This document shows, in pieces, positions 1-9,363 of a DNA stretch of 46,806 nucleotides. Each line of letters opens with the position of its first letter. The stretch's first letter is position 1. The stretch lies in UHGV virus genome UHGV-1361067. One strand, written 5' to 3'. The notes under the pieces were generated by a model that did not search any database, was not told the DNA's origin, and was given only the letters and a program-made list of their open reading frames with translations. This DNA is from a virus. Made by a program: the position numbers and the translations under genes.

Positions 1-1
1 G

Positions 2-130
2 TATAGCGCTGAATTTAACCAACTCAGCAAGGCCATCGTTGATGGGGCATACAAAATGACAGACAAGACACCGAAAGAAGTGGCCGCTGTCGCCCGTGAA
101 GTCTGCCTGTCAACGGTGGGCGACAAATAA
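2..130 (+). CDS. 3' end of an upstream rightward gene (hypothetical protein, partial)
   Basis: Open frame from the window edge to TAA at 128-130 (…YSAEFNQLSKAIVDGAYKMTDKTPKEVAAVAREVCLSTVGDK*). It is followed by a terminator hairpin. Confidence 0.3.
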   Translation, partial: YSAEFNQLSKAIVDGAYKMTDKTPKEVAAVAREVCLSTVGDK

Positions 131-312
131 TGTGCCCGCTACTGATGTTTAAGGCCCGCAATCGCTACGTTAGGCTGGTGATGCGCGGAATGGATGAGCA
201 TGCAGCATGGCTGAGCGTGATGGGTGAACTTAGAGAGGTTTATTTAAATGAACAAAATAGAATGGCTTGAGTCTATGCACACCCTTCACAACAAGAAAAG
301 TAATATTTGACA

Positions 313-337
313 GAGGCCGCCATCAGGCGGCTTTCTT
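313..337 (+). terminator. Rho-independent terminator (GGCCGCC-atca-GGCGGC + TTTCTT)
   Basis: GC stem-loop followed by a T-rich run, read directly. It lies in the convergent region with the MuF-like gene. Confidence 0.4.
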
Positions 338-1267
338 GTGTGTATCCTGCCATGCTTCGCGCTGCTTATCGAGTCTTTCCTGCGTCTTCTCAAGTATCAC
401 AGGCTTGCCATCCATCACCAATGCGGGTATCTGAGCGCAGTGGCAGTTGCGGCGGTTTGCACCTTCGCTGTAGAACTCATCAATCTCTTCCGGGGTGTAA
501 TACTTTCCATGACGCGCGGCATGAGTTGCGCGGGTGGTCTTCATCAACGCCGACTGCCAGAGCATGATGGTATCCATCCCCAGCGTGACTTGCGCCTCTT
601 TCACTTCGCGCCTGTTAGCCTCGCGCAGGGTGTTGGTAATTTCAGTCTGAGCGATTGACCGCGCATAACTCCTTGACACGTCCATGCGGTTAACGATGTT
701 TTGCTCAACCACTCCAGGAGCGTCGCCATTTGCAATGCCAGCAGTGATGACCTCTGCCACCTGTTGCCGCGTGTAATCTGAAAGGCCACCCCAATCGTTA
801 TACGTGCGCGTGTACGCAAGCTGAAGTCGGTCGAGATACGGCTGAGAGTACAGTATTTCAGCAAGCGGCCTGCTGTCTTTGTATGCCGACGACAGGTCGC
901 TCAGGTCTGAGTTAGCCTTCTGCGTACCGGCGTACATGGCGTCGCTGACATAGGATGACGCCCACAATCTTCCGTGCGTGAAATCGTCACCCTCCAGCAG
1001 CTGATTATCAAGAATGCGCTGAAGTTCATCAAAGAATGTCGATGCGCGGTAGGCAGAGAAATCATAATAATAATTTCCAGCCTCAGCATTGCCGGTCGCC
1101 ACAGGAATGGTGCGGAACAGCTCGGCAACCTGCGATTTTAGCGTCATATATCTGGCGTCAACATTGCGCACCATCTTATTGACTCGACCCACTGCGCCGA
1201 GTGGGTCTGTCAGGCTCATGCTTAATTTTGGCTGCGGAAGCCGGGCATTAATTTTGAGGAGGCGCAT
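323..1267 (-). CDS. Head morphogenesis protein (Mu gpF / SPP1 gp7 family)
   Basis: 349-aa ORF on the track. It lies immediately downstream of the portal gene and looks F-like in composition and length. Likely start is the ATG at 1267 (MRLLKIN…), overlapping the portal stop. There is no clear SD, so the start is uncertain. Confidence 0.6.
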   Translation of the reverse strand: MRLLKINARLPQPKLSMSLTDPLGAVGRVNKMVRNVDARYMTLKSQVAELFRTIPVATGNAEAGNYYYDFSAYRASTFFDELQRILDNQLLEGDDFTHGRLWASSYVSDAMYAGTQKANSDLSDLSSAYKDSRPLAEILYSQPYLDRLQLAYTRTYNDWGGLSDYTRQQVAEVITAGIANGDAPGVVEQNIVNRMDVSRSYARSIAQTEITNTLREANRREVKEAQVTLGMDTIMLWQSALMKTTRATHAARHGKYYTPEEIDEFYSEGANRRNCHCAQIPALVMDGKPVILEKTQERLDKQREAWQDTHKKAA

Positions 1268-2684
1268 CGGTCTGGCCCTGCTGTTGGTCTTGCTGTTGCT
1301 GCTGACCTTCCTGTAATCCGTCAGGAAGCTGCTCCTCCAGAGGCTCCATGCCAACAATGCCGCGCATTTCATCTGCGGTCATCAGGGCCATCTGTCCTGC
1401 ATCGAATACAGATTTGTTTGCAGTGGCAAGCTTGACCAGCAGGTCTGCTTTGTTCAGCTCGGAAGGTGCAAGCAGGTCATCCCATTTGCAGTAATAACCG
1501 CTCTCTGGCGCTTTATCCAGAATGCCAAAGGAAATCATCCGGTCGATGAACACCGAAATGATGTAGTCCAGCCAGTCTTCGCGGCGCTGTTTGGCGCTCA
1601 TGGCGTCGTCGGTTTTATCCTCATCGGATGCAAGGCGGCCAGTCTGCTGACCAAACAGGATGGTGAATGGCTTCTTGATGGATGCCGCAAACTGGTTGGC
1701 CGCAATTGTCCATGTTGGCCCTGGGTCTGCTGGCGTCACCGAGAGCACTTTGACATCAGCGCCCATCGTGAACATCGCCGCGTCAATTGCCTCATTCAGA
1801 CGCGCTACATCCTCATTGAGCACATCAGCCAGTTCTTCCAGCGGCACGCCCATTTGCTGAGCCAGAGACTGAGCGGAAACGCTGTCTTTATTATAATTAA
1901 CGTTGAGCTGCCGACTGGCATTCTTCAGGAAGCCCTCAGCGCTTGAGCCGGTGACTTTCGCCATGTCGATGAGGTGGTTATACCCAGCACGAAGAAGTGG
2001 GACGCCAGAGTAAATGGAGCCATCCATCGCACCCTCGGCAAATACGATAATGCGATCGGGATGAATGCTCAGGGAGCGCGTTGGTTTTCCGTCGCTGTTG
2101 CAGGCGCCGACTACCGACTCCTGATATTCGTACATCTTCGGCTGACCATAGTCTTCGCTGGATTCGTCATTTTCCCATTCACTGACGCGGAGCTGCTCTT
2201 CCCACGCCGGAATGTAGCGGACAATGGCAGCATCCTTGATGCGTTTTGTTTTCGTGGTGTCTACCGGCTCATTCCACTGCCTTCCATCACGGATTTGCAG
2301 GATAAGGCCGGAGTAGCGGTTGATGAGGTTGCGGCGGTCTGCATCCTTGATGAACGGCGCAGCGCGCTTAAACAGCTTGTTGGCTGCTTTCTCCCACGGG
2401 GTGCTTGCTTTGTCATCGGCGCCTTCTTCGAGGATTTGCGGCGGAGTCTGCCAGCACTTATCGAGTACGCGATTGACGCCAGCGGTTGCCGGTGCATAGC
2501 GCTCATAGGCATAGCGGAACATCTCGGCGGTGATTTCTTCAGGGTAGCCACATTCGACATACAGTCTGGTGTGCTTTTGGTCTATGTTTACACCGCTAAA
2601 CTCCCGACGCTGCCGCTCGATGAGCCTGTTATTGTTCGCCACTCGCTGCTGAATATAGGCGTTTACCGCCTCTAACTTTGACAT
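1248..2684 (-). CDS. Portal protein
   Basis: 478-aa ORF upstream of the MuF-like gene in the packaging/head module. It ends with an acidic Q-rich tail. Position and size are typical of SPP1/Mu-type portals. Confidence 0.75.
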   Translation of the reverse strand: MSKLEAVNAYIQQRVANNNRLIERQRREFSGVNIDQKHTRLYVECGYPEEITAEMFRYAYERYAPATAGVNRVLDKCWQTPPQILEEGADDKASTPWEKAANKLFKRAAPFIKDADRRNLINRYSGLILQIRDGRQWNEPVDTTKTKRIKDAAIVRYIPAWEEQLRVSEWENDESSEDYGQPKMYEYQESVVGACNSDGKPTRSLSIHPDRIIVFAEGAMDGSIYSGVPLLRAGYNHLIDMAKVTGSSAEGFLKNASRQLNVNYNKDSVSAQSLAQQMGVPLEELADVLNEDVARLNEAIDAAMFTMGADVKVLSVTPADPGPTWTIAANQFAASIKKPFTILFGQQTGRLASDEDKTDDAMSAKQRREDWLDYIISVFIDRMISFGILDKAPESGYYCKWDDLLAPSELNKADLLVKLATANKSVFDAGQMALMTADEMRGIVGMEPLEEQLPDGLQEGQQQQQDQQQGQTDAPPQN

Positions 2685-2694
2685 TTCGTCACCA

Positions 2695-2722
2695 TAAAAA
2701 ATCCCATCGCATGGATGGGATT
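2695..2722 (-). terminator. Hairpin plus T-run (attenuator) immediately upstream of the portal start
   Basis: On the minus strand: ATCCCATC-catgc-GATGGGAT followed by TTTTT. It sits about 12 nt before the portal ATG. Confidence 0.35.
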
Positions 2723-2733
2723 ATAGCATGGTA

Positions 2734-2934
2734 TCAGTCACCAAAGGCTCTCTCTTGAAGGGCCTGGTCATTGTTATGGAATATAGCAAGCTCTATTCTA
2801 TCCCCAAGAACCAAACCGCGACATTTGGCGTACAATTTATAGCGCTTTCCACTGAGTCCAGGCTTAAACCATATCTCCTCAAACCACTTCCTGCAACCAA
2901 CCGCAACATCATGAATCTGTTTTCTTGTCATCAC
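2734..2934 (-). CDS. Hypothetical small protein
   Basis: 66-aa ORF. It is the last of a chain of five small minus-strand ORFs with ATGA/TGATG overlaps between the TerL cassette and the portal gene. Confidence 0.4.
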   Translation of the reverse strand: MMTRKQIHDVAVGCRKWFEEIWFKPGLSGKRYKLYAKCRGLVLGDRIELAIFHNNDQALQERAFGD

Positions 2935-3116
2935 TTCACCTCAACGCATTGCAAATTGTCAACATTTGGACTTACATCATTCCACGTCCGCTTTTCCTCA
3001 GCGATTTTCATTGCCGTAATGGCCGCCATGCACTGCTCCATGCTTTGCATCGGCACCACCTGCATATTGGACGTGTTGCTTGTGATTACGAATATCAGGA
3101 AGAAATACGACATCAC
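2931..3116 (-). CDS. Hypothetical small protein
   Basis: 61-aa ORF. It is translationally coupled to its neighbours (ATGA overlap). Confidence 0.4.
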   Translation of the reverse strand: MMSYFFLIFVITSNTSNMQVVPMQSMEQCMAAITAMKIAEEKRTWNDVSPNVDNLQCVEVK

Positions 3117-3334
3117 TTCGCCTCATCATCAACCAGCGATCTGAACCATGCTGGCTGCAACTTCGCAGCGAGTTTATAGTCAGCACTCTGAATGTAACGT
3201 GCAGCATCATTCAGCTTGTCGGAAAGATAATAAAGTGACTTCCTTGCTCCAAGAAGCATGGCAGCGAATACCAGCATCACAATCAGGTGCGGATTGATGA
3301 TGCAGAACAGGATTGTTTTGACGGCTTTCATCAC
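3113..3334 (-). CDS. Hypothetical small membrane protein
   Basis: 73-aa ORF with a hydrophobic N-terminal segment (ILFCIINPHLIVMLVFAAMLLGA). Overlaps its neighbours (ATGA). Confidence 0.45.
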   Translation of the reverse strand: MMKAVKTILFCIINPHLIVMLVFAAMLLGARKSLYYLSDKLNDAARYIQSADYKLAAKLQPAWFRSLVDDEAK

Positions 3335-3525
3335 TCAATCTCCTCGCCATCAATCCAGCGTTGCAGGACTTCGATAAGCTGCGCGGCCTGGTGTTTGTCG
3401 ATGCCAATAAATGACTCAACACCGTAGCCATTCACTTGATACAACTCCACGACAGGAGTTCCATCCTCAAGCTCTTGCTCAGTTACGTGCATGTCATATG
3501 CGTTTTCTGTTTCTTCAATAATCAT
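3331..3525 (-). CDS. Hypothetical acidic small protein
   Basis: 64-aa ORF coupled to the flanking ORFs. Confidence 0.4.
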   Translation of the reverse strand: MIIEETENAYDMHVTEQELEDGTPVVELYQVNGYGVESFIGIDKHQAAQLIEVLQRWIDGEEIE

Positions 3526-3761
3526 AAATCACCACCCTCATCGTTATTTAGCTCAACATTCCGAAAGAAATCATTAATCGTCTTCAGGCCACTATAACCA
3601 CGACGCCGCTGCAACTCACACAGCACTTCATCATACATGCGCAGAAGAATAGCCTCATCCACATCGTACCTTTCGCACAGTGCCTCATCCGACACACCAG
3701 CTCTTGCGAGTGAGTATATTTTTTCCTTCTGCTCCCACGAAAAAGATGAGTATGCCTTCAT
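3522..3761 (-). CDS. Hypothetical protein (possible HTH)
   Basis: 79-aa ORF, the first gene of the leftward small-gene chain. The SLARAGVSDEALCERYDV segment is HTH-like. Confidence 0.45.
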   Translation of the reverse strand: MKAYSSFSWEQKEKIYSLARAGVSDEALCERYDVDEAILLRMYDEVLCELQRRRGYSGLKTINDFFRNVELNNDEGGDL

Positions 3762-3772
3762 GATGCCCCTGG

Positions 3773-3824
3773 TGATGTAGTTATGTCAATGCGCCTTGAC
3801 GTAGATTCTAGCATGGCGTAGATT
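3773..3824 (+). promoter_or_regulatory. Rightward sigma70-like promoter with three copies of the TGAYGTAGATT motif
   Basis: TTGACG (3796-3801), 17-nt spacer, TAGATT (3819-3824). Motif copies: TGATGTAGTT at 3773, TGACGTAGATT at 3797, TGGCGTAGATT at 3814. The region is divergent with the leftward small-gene operon. Confidence 0.55.
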
Positions 3825-3850
3825 AAAATGAAACCTCTCGGAGAAATCTT

Positions 3851-4141
3851 ATGAAATGTGTCATTTTCGAGCTTGATGGCGTGCTGCGCGATGCTGAGGG
3901 TAATGCCATTGCTGGCAACGTTGCGCTGGCTAAGTCGCTCTACTCTGCCGGGCACGACGTCCTAATCATGAGGGCAAAGCATGCGTATGAGTGGCTGCAT
4001 GCTAACGATGTTTTCTATGATGACATTATGGCTTCGCACCAGCAGATTGACGCTGAAAGGGTGGCAATGGCGGTCGTGTCTGATGACGTGATTTATGCTG
4101 CCATGCGAAATGCGGGGATTCATTGCTGGCTTTACAAATAA
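3851..4141 (+). CDS. Hypothetical protein with a HAD-like N-terminal motif (VIFELDGVL)
   Basis: 96-aa ORF. GGAG lies 8 nt upstream of the ATG. The N-terminus resembles HAD motif I but with Glu in place of the first Asp. Confidence 0.5.
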   Translation: MKCVIFELDGVLRDAEGNAIAGNVALAKSLYSAGHDVLIMRAKHAYEWLHANDVFYDDIMASHQQIDAERVAMAVVSDDVIYAAMRNAGIHCWLYK

Positions 4142-4154
4142 TTTATTATAAATG

Positions 4155-4183
4155 TTGACGTGGATTCATGGTTGATGTAGATT
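4155..4183 (+). promoter_or_regulatory. Rightward promoter TTGACG-N17-TAGATT
   Basis: TTGACGTGGATT at 4155 and TTGATGTAGATT at 4172. It is preceded by AT-rich ATTTATTATAAAT. Confidence 0.5.
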
Positions 4184-4227
4184 GTAGTCATTGAGGCGGC
4201 CGGGGCCGAAATGAATGAGGTGCAAAA

Positions 4228-4560
4228 ATGCAATATCAAGAACGTACTACTGAATTACAAAACTTATATGCGGTTCGCGTAATAAATATGGTTTTAATGG
4301 GGATTGAGGTTAGTAAGTCGTCATACGTTGATCGCTTTATTCACTCACTCTACAACGGCGTTAAATCTAATTGGAATGAAGATTGCACATGGACTGAGCA
4401 CTTTGTTGAAAAACTTAACGAGGAGCGTGAGTCAATAAAAAATGGCTCTTATTGGAAGATGGGGGATTTTTTTAGATTAATTGCTGCTGAAGATAAGGAG
4501 TTCTGGGAGGCGATAGGTGTCCCATTTAAAACATGGAAAAGCATTCAGCTTTGCAATTGA
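4228..4560 (+). CDS. Hypothetical protein (AT-rich, moron-like)
   Basis: 110-aa ORF with a GAGGTG SD. Its GC content is markedly lower than the flanking genes. Confidence 0.5.
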   Translation: MQYQERTTELQNLYAVRVINMVLMGIEVSKSSYVDRFIHSLYNGVKSNWNEDCTWTEHFVEKLNEERESIKNGSYWKMGDFFRLIAAEDKEFWEAIGVPFKTWKSIQLCN

Positions 4561-4568
4561 TTACAGCC

Positions 4569-4592
4569 AGGCCCCGCAACGGGGCTTTTTCT
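4569..4592 (+). terminator. Rho-independent terminator GCCCCG-caa-CGGGGC + T5
   Basis: Perfect GC hairpin and T-run. The same hairpin core recurs at 37610. Confidence 0.6.
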
Positions 4593-7126
4593 TATCTCCT
4601 GCTCCTTCTAATCCATCCAGAGCCACGCTGTACGATGTGATCGTTGCATGCATATCTGATTGCGTCAATGAAGTGGTTCCACGCATCCACAATATTTGTG
4701 AGCACGTTACCCGTCAGCTTGTCCACCTTGTAACTGTACATAGTGAACTCTTCCTGAGTCTGTGTGCAGCGGTCATGAATGATGATGCTGTCGCAACCCC
4801 TGAGCCAGGTTACACCCTCCTCCACGCTCCCGGGCCACTTATTGCATGGATGGATATCAAATCCTGCGCGTTTGATGTGACTGATTGTTTCTGGCCGAGA
4901 GCAGTCCCCATACCATCTTGCCTTCCTGGAGAGTGGGAATGATTGCTCCATCGCTGTAGGTGTGTCGGTAATCTCAAGGCCTACACGGCCGTATTCGCGC
5001 GCGACGTAAAGGTTGCGGCGGTCATCAGGAAGTTTCTCAATGTAAACCTCAACCATCGCCGTTGCGTCCTGCGAGAATCCAAAGTCGATGCCAAAGTAAG
5101 GCCCATGCCATTCCGGCTTAACCTCGAAATCAGCAACGCGCCACTTACCGCCAAATACCTGCTCATCATTACGCTTATTAAAGCGCCCACCCCACACCCA
5201 TTGATAGCGGTCGAAGTCGGTCTCTTTCATGCGTTGCATTTGGCTTGGGAGCGGAGTATCCCAGAACCACGGATTGTCTGAGTAATTACACTCCATAATC
5301 AGGTTTTCATCATCCTCATAGATGCCGCCATTTTCGCGCAATTTATTATAAAAAGGCTCAACCCATATTTTCCACGTCGGGTCATGCTCTTTATTTGGGT
5401 TGAAAGTCACCCATATCTCTGACCCTTCAGCGCGGACTGTTGGGGTGAGGATTTCCCAGCTTGTCTGGCTGACGTTTTCCGCCTCCTCGACCCAAGCTAC
5501 TGTAATGCCAGCGAAGCCTTTTACGGTCGTCTGGTTGCGATACAGGCCTTTAAAGCGGAACTTTGCTTTCGTTACCTTGTGTGTTATTTCGTTGTTGATG
5601 ACGCGAAACTCTTTTGTCTCGCCCTTCCTGTCAATCTCGTCTTTCAGCTCCTGATATGAACTATCCTCAATAGACTGCTGAATCTCACGAAAACAAGCTA
5701 TCCTGTCAGGCTTAAAGCGTGCACGCTCCGTAAGTATTGTTGTTACTGTCCTTGTTTTTCCGCTGTTGTGTGTAACCGTGCCATCAGCAAGCAGGAAAAG
5801 ATGATCGCCATCAATAGTGAACCCAGCGTATTCACCATGCCCGACATAAGACAATGACACCTCAGACATCTTTCCACGGGTTGACTTGGTTTTCTCTGCT
5901 ATCTTCCTTTTTACTCGGCATGGGATTGTATGAAGGTCACCACTAACGAACACCTCCCATACGTCCTTTTCGTATATTCTTTTCTCACCTTTATATTCAA
6001 AGGTGACATCAGTCTTTTTGATTATGCTTGACTTGAAGCCAAGCGATCTTGCCACATCCATCAAAGAGAAGGCCATTTCTTTATTTATTGATGTGAAAGA
6101 ATAGCTTTTCTTTTTCTGGTCATAATGCGAATCAGTATCCAATAGCCCAGCCAGAATCTGAAGTCTTACCTCTCTGCTGTTTTTGATATAGCAGTCAGGT
6201 ATGTGTTTATTATTAATCACCCCAAGCTGCTGCATTTTAGTTAGTAACGGGTTGGTGTTCTTCCCCATGCCAGCAGCTCGACCATTAGTTATCGCATAGA
6301 CAGGGCATCTATCATCGTCGCGAACCTTTACCTGCATCCCGTATTGGCTTGCCACGTTGTGAATGTAGTCAACTATCTCTGGATCAGGCGTGCACACTTC
6401 AACACCACGAGATGAACCATCACCTAACCATAAACCAAGAAAGTACGGGTCAACTGGGACGCTTTGGTCATTAAAATCCCATCCTGTTCGCCACCCTTTA
6501 AAGACATGGCGGAACTTTTTTGAAGTTGCGCGCGACAAATATTCTGAAACACCAATATTCAGTATTTCAGGTTCATTCGGGTAATAACGATAAATTCTTT
6601 TACCATCCGGTGTTTTTGTCTCGTCACTGATAGCAGATGGAATCTTTCGTAATGACAGTATGTGACTTGAGTTGACAGTGTAGTCATCAGCATATTTTTG
6701 ATGAACCGTATACATGTCATCAAACCCCCGACAGATGTTTAAAACATTTCGTGGTTTACTGTCTGGACCCATAACCTTATCGCCAACAACGATATCCTCT
6801 ACGCGTTTTAGGCTACCATCAAACATCCTCACCATCGTGCCGATGGCTAAGCATCCGCGCCCGCCAAACACAATCTTATTACGCTTGGGGTAAAGTAGCT
6901 TTTCCAGCTTTTCTGGTATCAGGTGATCAACGCCAATATCAGAGTCGCTAACGTCATCAACTCCGCTTTGCGTCATTTTTAGTTTGCGAACAATCTGCTT
7001 ATCTGTATTAACAACACCGAACACCGCAGATTCAGGCGCATCAATCACGCCATCGCCAATAATCTCTTCGAGTTTTTCAATTGCTGGTGCTGAGAGTCTT
7101 TTGCGTGCCATATATAGATTCCTCAT
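4592..7126 (-). CDS. Terminase large subunit, interrupted by an in-frame intein
   Basis: 844-aa ORF. The N-extein ends …KIVFGGRG, and the C-extein begins SGKTRTV…, so the junction reconstitutes the Walker A motif FGGRGSGKT. Walker B-like VAWVEEAE lies downstream. Without the intein the protein is about 481 aa. Confidence 0.8.
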   Translation of the reverse strand: MRNLYMARKRLSAPAIEKLEEIIGDGVIDAPESAVFGVVNTDKQIVRKLKMTQSGVDDVSDSDIGVDHLIPEKLEKLLYPKRNKIVFGGRGCLAIGTMVRMFDGSLKRVEDIVVGDKVMGPDSKPRNVLNICRGFDDMYTVHQKYADDYTVNSSHILSLRKIPSAISDETKTPDGKRIYRYYPNEPEILNIGVSEYLSRATSKKFRHVFKGWRTGWDFNDQSVPVDPYFLGLWLGDGSSRGVEVCTPDPEIVDYIHNVASQYGMQVKVRDDDRCPVYAITNGRAAGMGKNTNPLLTKMQQLGVINNKHIPDCYIKNSREVRLQILAGLLDTDSHYDQKKKSYSFTSINKEMAFSLMDVARSLGFKSSIIKKTDVTFEYKGEKRIYEKDVWEVFVSGDLHTIPCRVKRKIAEKTKSTRGKMSEVSLSYVGHGEYAGFTIDGDHLFLLADGTVTHNSGKTRTVTTILTERARFKPDRIACFREIQQSIEDSSYQELKDEIDRKGETKEFRVINNEITHKVTKAKFRFKGLYRNQTTVKGFAGITVAWVEEAENVSQTSWEILTPTVRAEGSEIWVTFNPNKEHDPTWKIWVEPFYNKLRENGGIYEDDENLIMECNYSDNPWFWDTPLPSQMQRMKETDFDRYQWVWGGRFNKRNDEQVFGGKWRVADFEVKPEWHGPYFGIDFGFSQDATAMVEVYIEKLPDDRRNLYVAREYGRVGLEITDTPTAMEQSFPLSRKARWYGDCSRPETISHIKRAGFDIHPCNKWPGSVEEGVTWLRGCDSIIIHDRCTQTQEEFTMYSYKVDKLTGNVLTNIVDAWNHFIDAIRYACNDHIVQRGSGWIRRSRR
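5765..6853 (-). mobile_element. Intein (363 aa) with a double-LAGLIDADG homing endonuclease, in the terminase P-loop
   Basis: Begins with Cys (CLAIGTMV…) right after GGRG. Ends …LLADGTVTHN, followed by the +1 Ser (SGKT). Internal LGLWLGDGS and LAGLLDTDS motifs match LAGLIDADG. Boundary codons were verified on the sequence (gca at 6851-6853 is Cys; gtt at 5765-5767 is Asn). Confidence 0.75.
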
Positions 7127-7210
7127 CAGGGCATCATTGAAGTGAATGCGGCAGGCGGTGATGAGTCGCTTTTCGGGTGCCCCCTAGCCGCATTGATTAT
7201 TATAAATCAG

Positions 7211-7651
7211 TTACTGTTGCTGCTCCAGTAATTTCTCCAGTCGCTCAAGGCGTGCGGCGAGCTCTGTTACTTCTTCGATATCAAGCCCAGCCTTCAGAAT
7301 GTCTGCCATCATCTTGCCAATGTCGGCTGGAACAACGCCAGTAGAGACGCCCTTGATAATCGCATCCATCTTCTGTACAGGTGTGCCGTCGGCAGGGAAA
7401 TCAAACTCAACAGGAGGCGCTACAGGTTTTGGAATTGGGTTCAGTCGCAGGAATATTTCGCGCAGCATGCCGGTAGCCTGAGCATCTTCGCATGTCATCG
7501 CCTTGTTGATGTAGTACGTGACGAATTCAATCTCATTCATCGGCGTATTTGCAGCGCGCAATGCTTCAAGAAGCACTGTTCTGTAGCTTTTTCCTCTTGG
7601 TGGCGGCTGATTACTGGATGAAAATTTGTGCTTAGGGTTCGGATTTGCCAT
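7211..7651 (-). CDS. Putative terminase small subunit
   Basis: ORF immediately upstream of TerL. Likely start is the ATG at 7651 (MANPNPKHKF…), with an AAGGAC SD 9 nt upstream. It has a basic N-terminus and an acidic coiled C-terminus. The call rests on position only. Confidence 0.45.
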   Translation of the reverse strand: MANPNPKHKFSSSNQPPPRGKSYRTVLLEALRAANTPMNEIEFVTYYINKAMTCEDAQATGMLREIFLRLNPIPKPVAPPVEFDFPADGTPVQKMDAIIKGVSTGVVPADIGKMMADILKAGLDIEEVTELAARLERLEKLLEQQQ

Positions 7652-7768
7652 TTTATATGTGTCCTTTAAGTAACTCACATAGGACATATCTTACCACATG
7701 GCGCAGATAAAAAAGAAGCCAGCGCAATGCTGGCTTAAAGGGTGGTGAGGTGATGATCGATGAAACTA

Positions 7769-8254
7769 TCATACACCATGATTATCGTGAAACCCATACT
7801 CTTCTTCTGCTTTCTTTCTTGCCAGCTCCGCATCAAGTATGTCGTTGAAATATCCAAGATGTATGAACTTCTTGTTAACCCTTATTTTTGCTTGCCACTT
7901 TCGCTTATCCTTCCTCCAGTGTACCCCAGTTACTCCACTACTATTGCTAGAGTACTTAGATTTGTTTTTTAGATTCCCTCCCCTATTTGTCAGCCTGAGA
8001 TTTTCAATCCTGTTATCACCAGGGTTATGGTTTATATGGTCAATTTCCAATCCGCCAGTTATAGGGCCATTATGCATTTCCCATATGATTCTGTGCGCAA
8101 AGTATTTTCGTCCAGAGCACCAAATAGATGTATATCCTTTTGACCCTGAGTGGCCTGCAACCTTACCTTTTCTTGCCTTGCGGCCATCATCCTCGCGCCA
8201 TATCAGGTTTCCGTTGTTGTATTCAAACAGCTCATTCCAGTCTATTCTTTTCAT
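7769..8254 (-). CDS. HNH homing endonuclease with AP2 DNA-binding domain
   Basis: HNH_3 motif EIDHINHNPGDNRIENLRL and AP2-like SGVTGVHWRKDKRKWQAKI…LGYF. Likely start is MKRIDWNELF at 8254, with GGAG upstream. It is a paralog of the genes at 16738 and 17730. Confidence 0.75.
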   Translation of the reverse strand: MKRIDWNELFEYNNGNLIWREDDGRKARKGKVAGHSGSKGYTSIWCSGRKYFAHRIIWEMHNGPITGGLEIDHINHNPGDNRIENLRLTNRGGNLKNKSKYSSNSSGVTGVHWRKDKRKWQAKIRVNKKFIHLGYFNDILDAELARKKAEEEYGFHDNHGV

Positions 8255-8411
8255 CACACTTACCGCTCCTGCACCACAAATCATTGCGTGGGGATTTAAC
8301 ATGAACCACCTCAATCGCATCAGGAAAGGCCTTGGCGATTGCTGCTATAAAGTGGTCGACGCCTTCAATCTGCGCGGACTGCCACACCTCTTGCTTTGAT
8401 TTTTGCGGCAT
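8232..8411 (-). CDS. Hypothetical small protein
   Basis: ORF on the track. Likely start is MPQKSKQ. It overlaps the HNH start by about 23 nt. Confidence 0.3.
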   Translation of the reverse strand: MPQKSKQEVWQSAQIEGVDHFIAAIAKAFPDAIEVVHVKSPRNDLWCRSGKCDEKNRLE

Positions 8412-8661
8412 CACTGATACCTCGTAGTTGAGTACATATGCCGAAGCATACTGTTATGCTCAACCACCATCATCATGCTGCCAACCTGAATTACGGCATG
8501 ATGCTTTCCGGTATCCTCATAAAGAAAATCAGCCTCTTCGCATGCTGCCTGAATATCGCTCCACAGCATAAATCACCTCACGATAAAGTAGACAGCTAAC
8601 GCAGCAGCAATCCAGAATGCCAGCAGTGATGCGGCAATCAGTCTTCGGATGATGTAGGGTT

Positions 8662-9363
8662 TCATTGTTTCCCCTCCTGCGGGGCGGCTGCAATCATCGC
8701 TCGATAAGCCGTGGGGCTATACACAGCCGCTTCACGATAGGAAGCCTGTAGCATTTCCTCCGTAGGCTCCTTCGGGACCATCACGTAACCATCCGGCACT
8801 ACCGGCGCTGGCTGCATTTCATCTTGCTCTGCGCGCAAATCCTCCAATTCCTCACCCAATTTCAAAATATACTCGATGACATGAGAGTGAATACCATGGC
8901 AGTTATCCTTGAATAGCTGCTCAGATACCCCCTCATAACATTTCACCGTGGGGTTGCTTTTGCTTTTGATGAAGGAAACGATAGCGTCAAGAGCGTTTTT
9001 GCTTCCGATATGATTTTCCACCGGCTCGCTGTCCATTGCGGCCAGCTGGCGCTCAGCCAATTCCGCGCGAGCATCGAGCGTCACGTTAGCTGCACAGAGT
9101 TTTTGCTCTGCGTCTTCCAGTTCGGCGATCCGCTGCTGCGCCTTCTCCAGTGCCTCTACCAGCGTGCCAATAACCTTTGCAGCTTGCCCGCACTCATCGA
9201 CGATAGAAACGTTGGTGCCGGTATCTCGGCCATCTACCTCAAACCGCAAATCAACGTCATCGGAGTCGATATCAGCAGGCTCAAACTGCGAGATATATTC
9301 CAGGGTAAATACAGACGCTTTAGCTTTACTGACGAGTAGCGCCAGTTCGGTGATATCAGTCAT
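8662..9363 (-). CDS. Hypothetical coiled-coil protein (Ead/Ea22-like?)
   Basis: Likely start is MTDITELALL at 9363. The central coiled coil (EALEKAQQRIAELEDAEQKL) resembles Ea22-family early proteins of enterobacterial phages. Recalled from memory. Confidence 0.4.
   Translation of the reverse strand: MTDITELALLVSKAKASVFTLEYISQFEPADIDSDDVDLRFEVDGRDTGTNVSIVDECGQAAKVIGTLVEALEKAQQRIAELEDAEQKLCAANVTLDARAELAERQLAAMDSEPVENHIGSKNALDAIVSFIKSKSNPTVKCYEGVSEQLFKDNCHGIHSHVIEYILKLGEELEDLRAEQDEMQPAPVVPDGYVMVPKEPTEEMLQASYREAAVYSPTAYRAMIAAAPQEGKQ

Noticed and set aside
4141-7210. ATTTATTATAAA(T) motif at 4141, 5341 and 7196 as a regulatory element
   Set aside because: Only three loose copies, one of them inside the TerL coding region. 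The AT-rich 12-mer could well recur by chance, or act as a UP-like element. Not enough to call.
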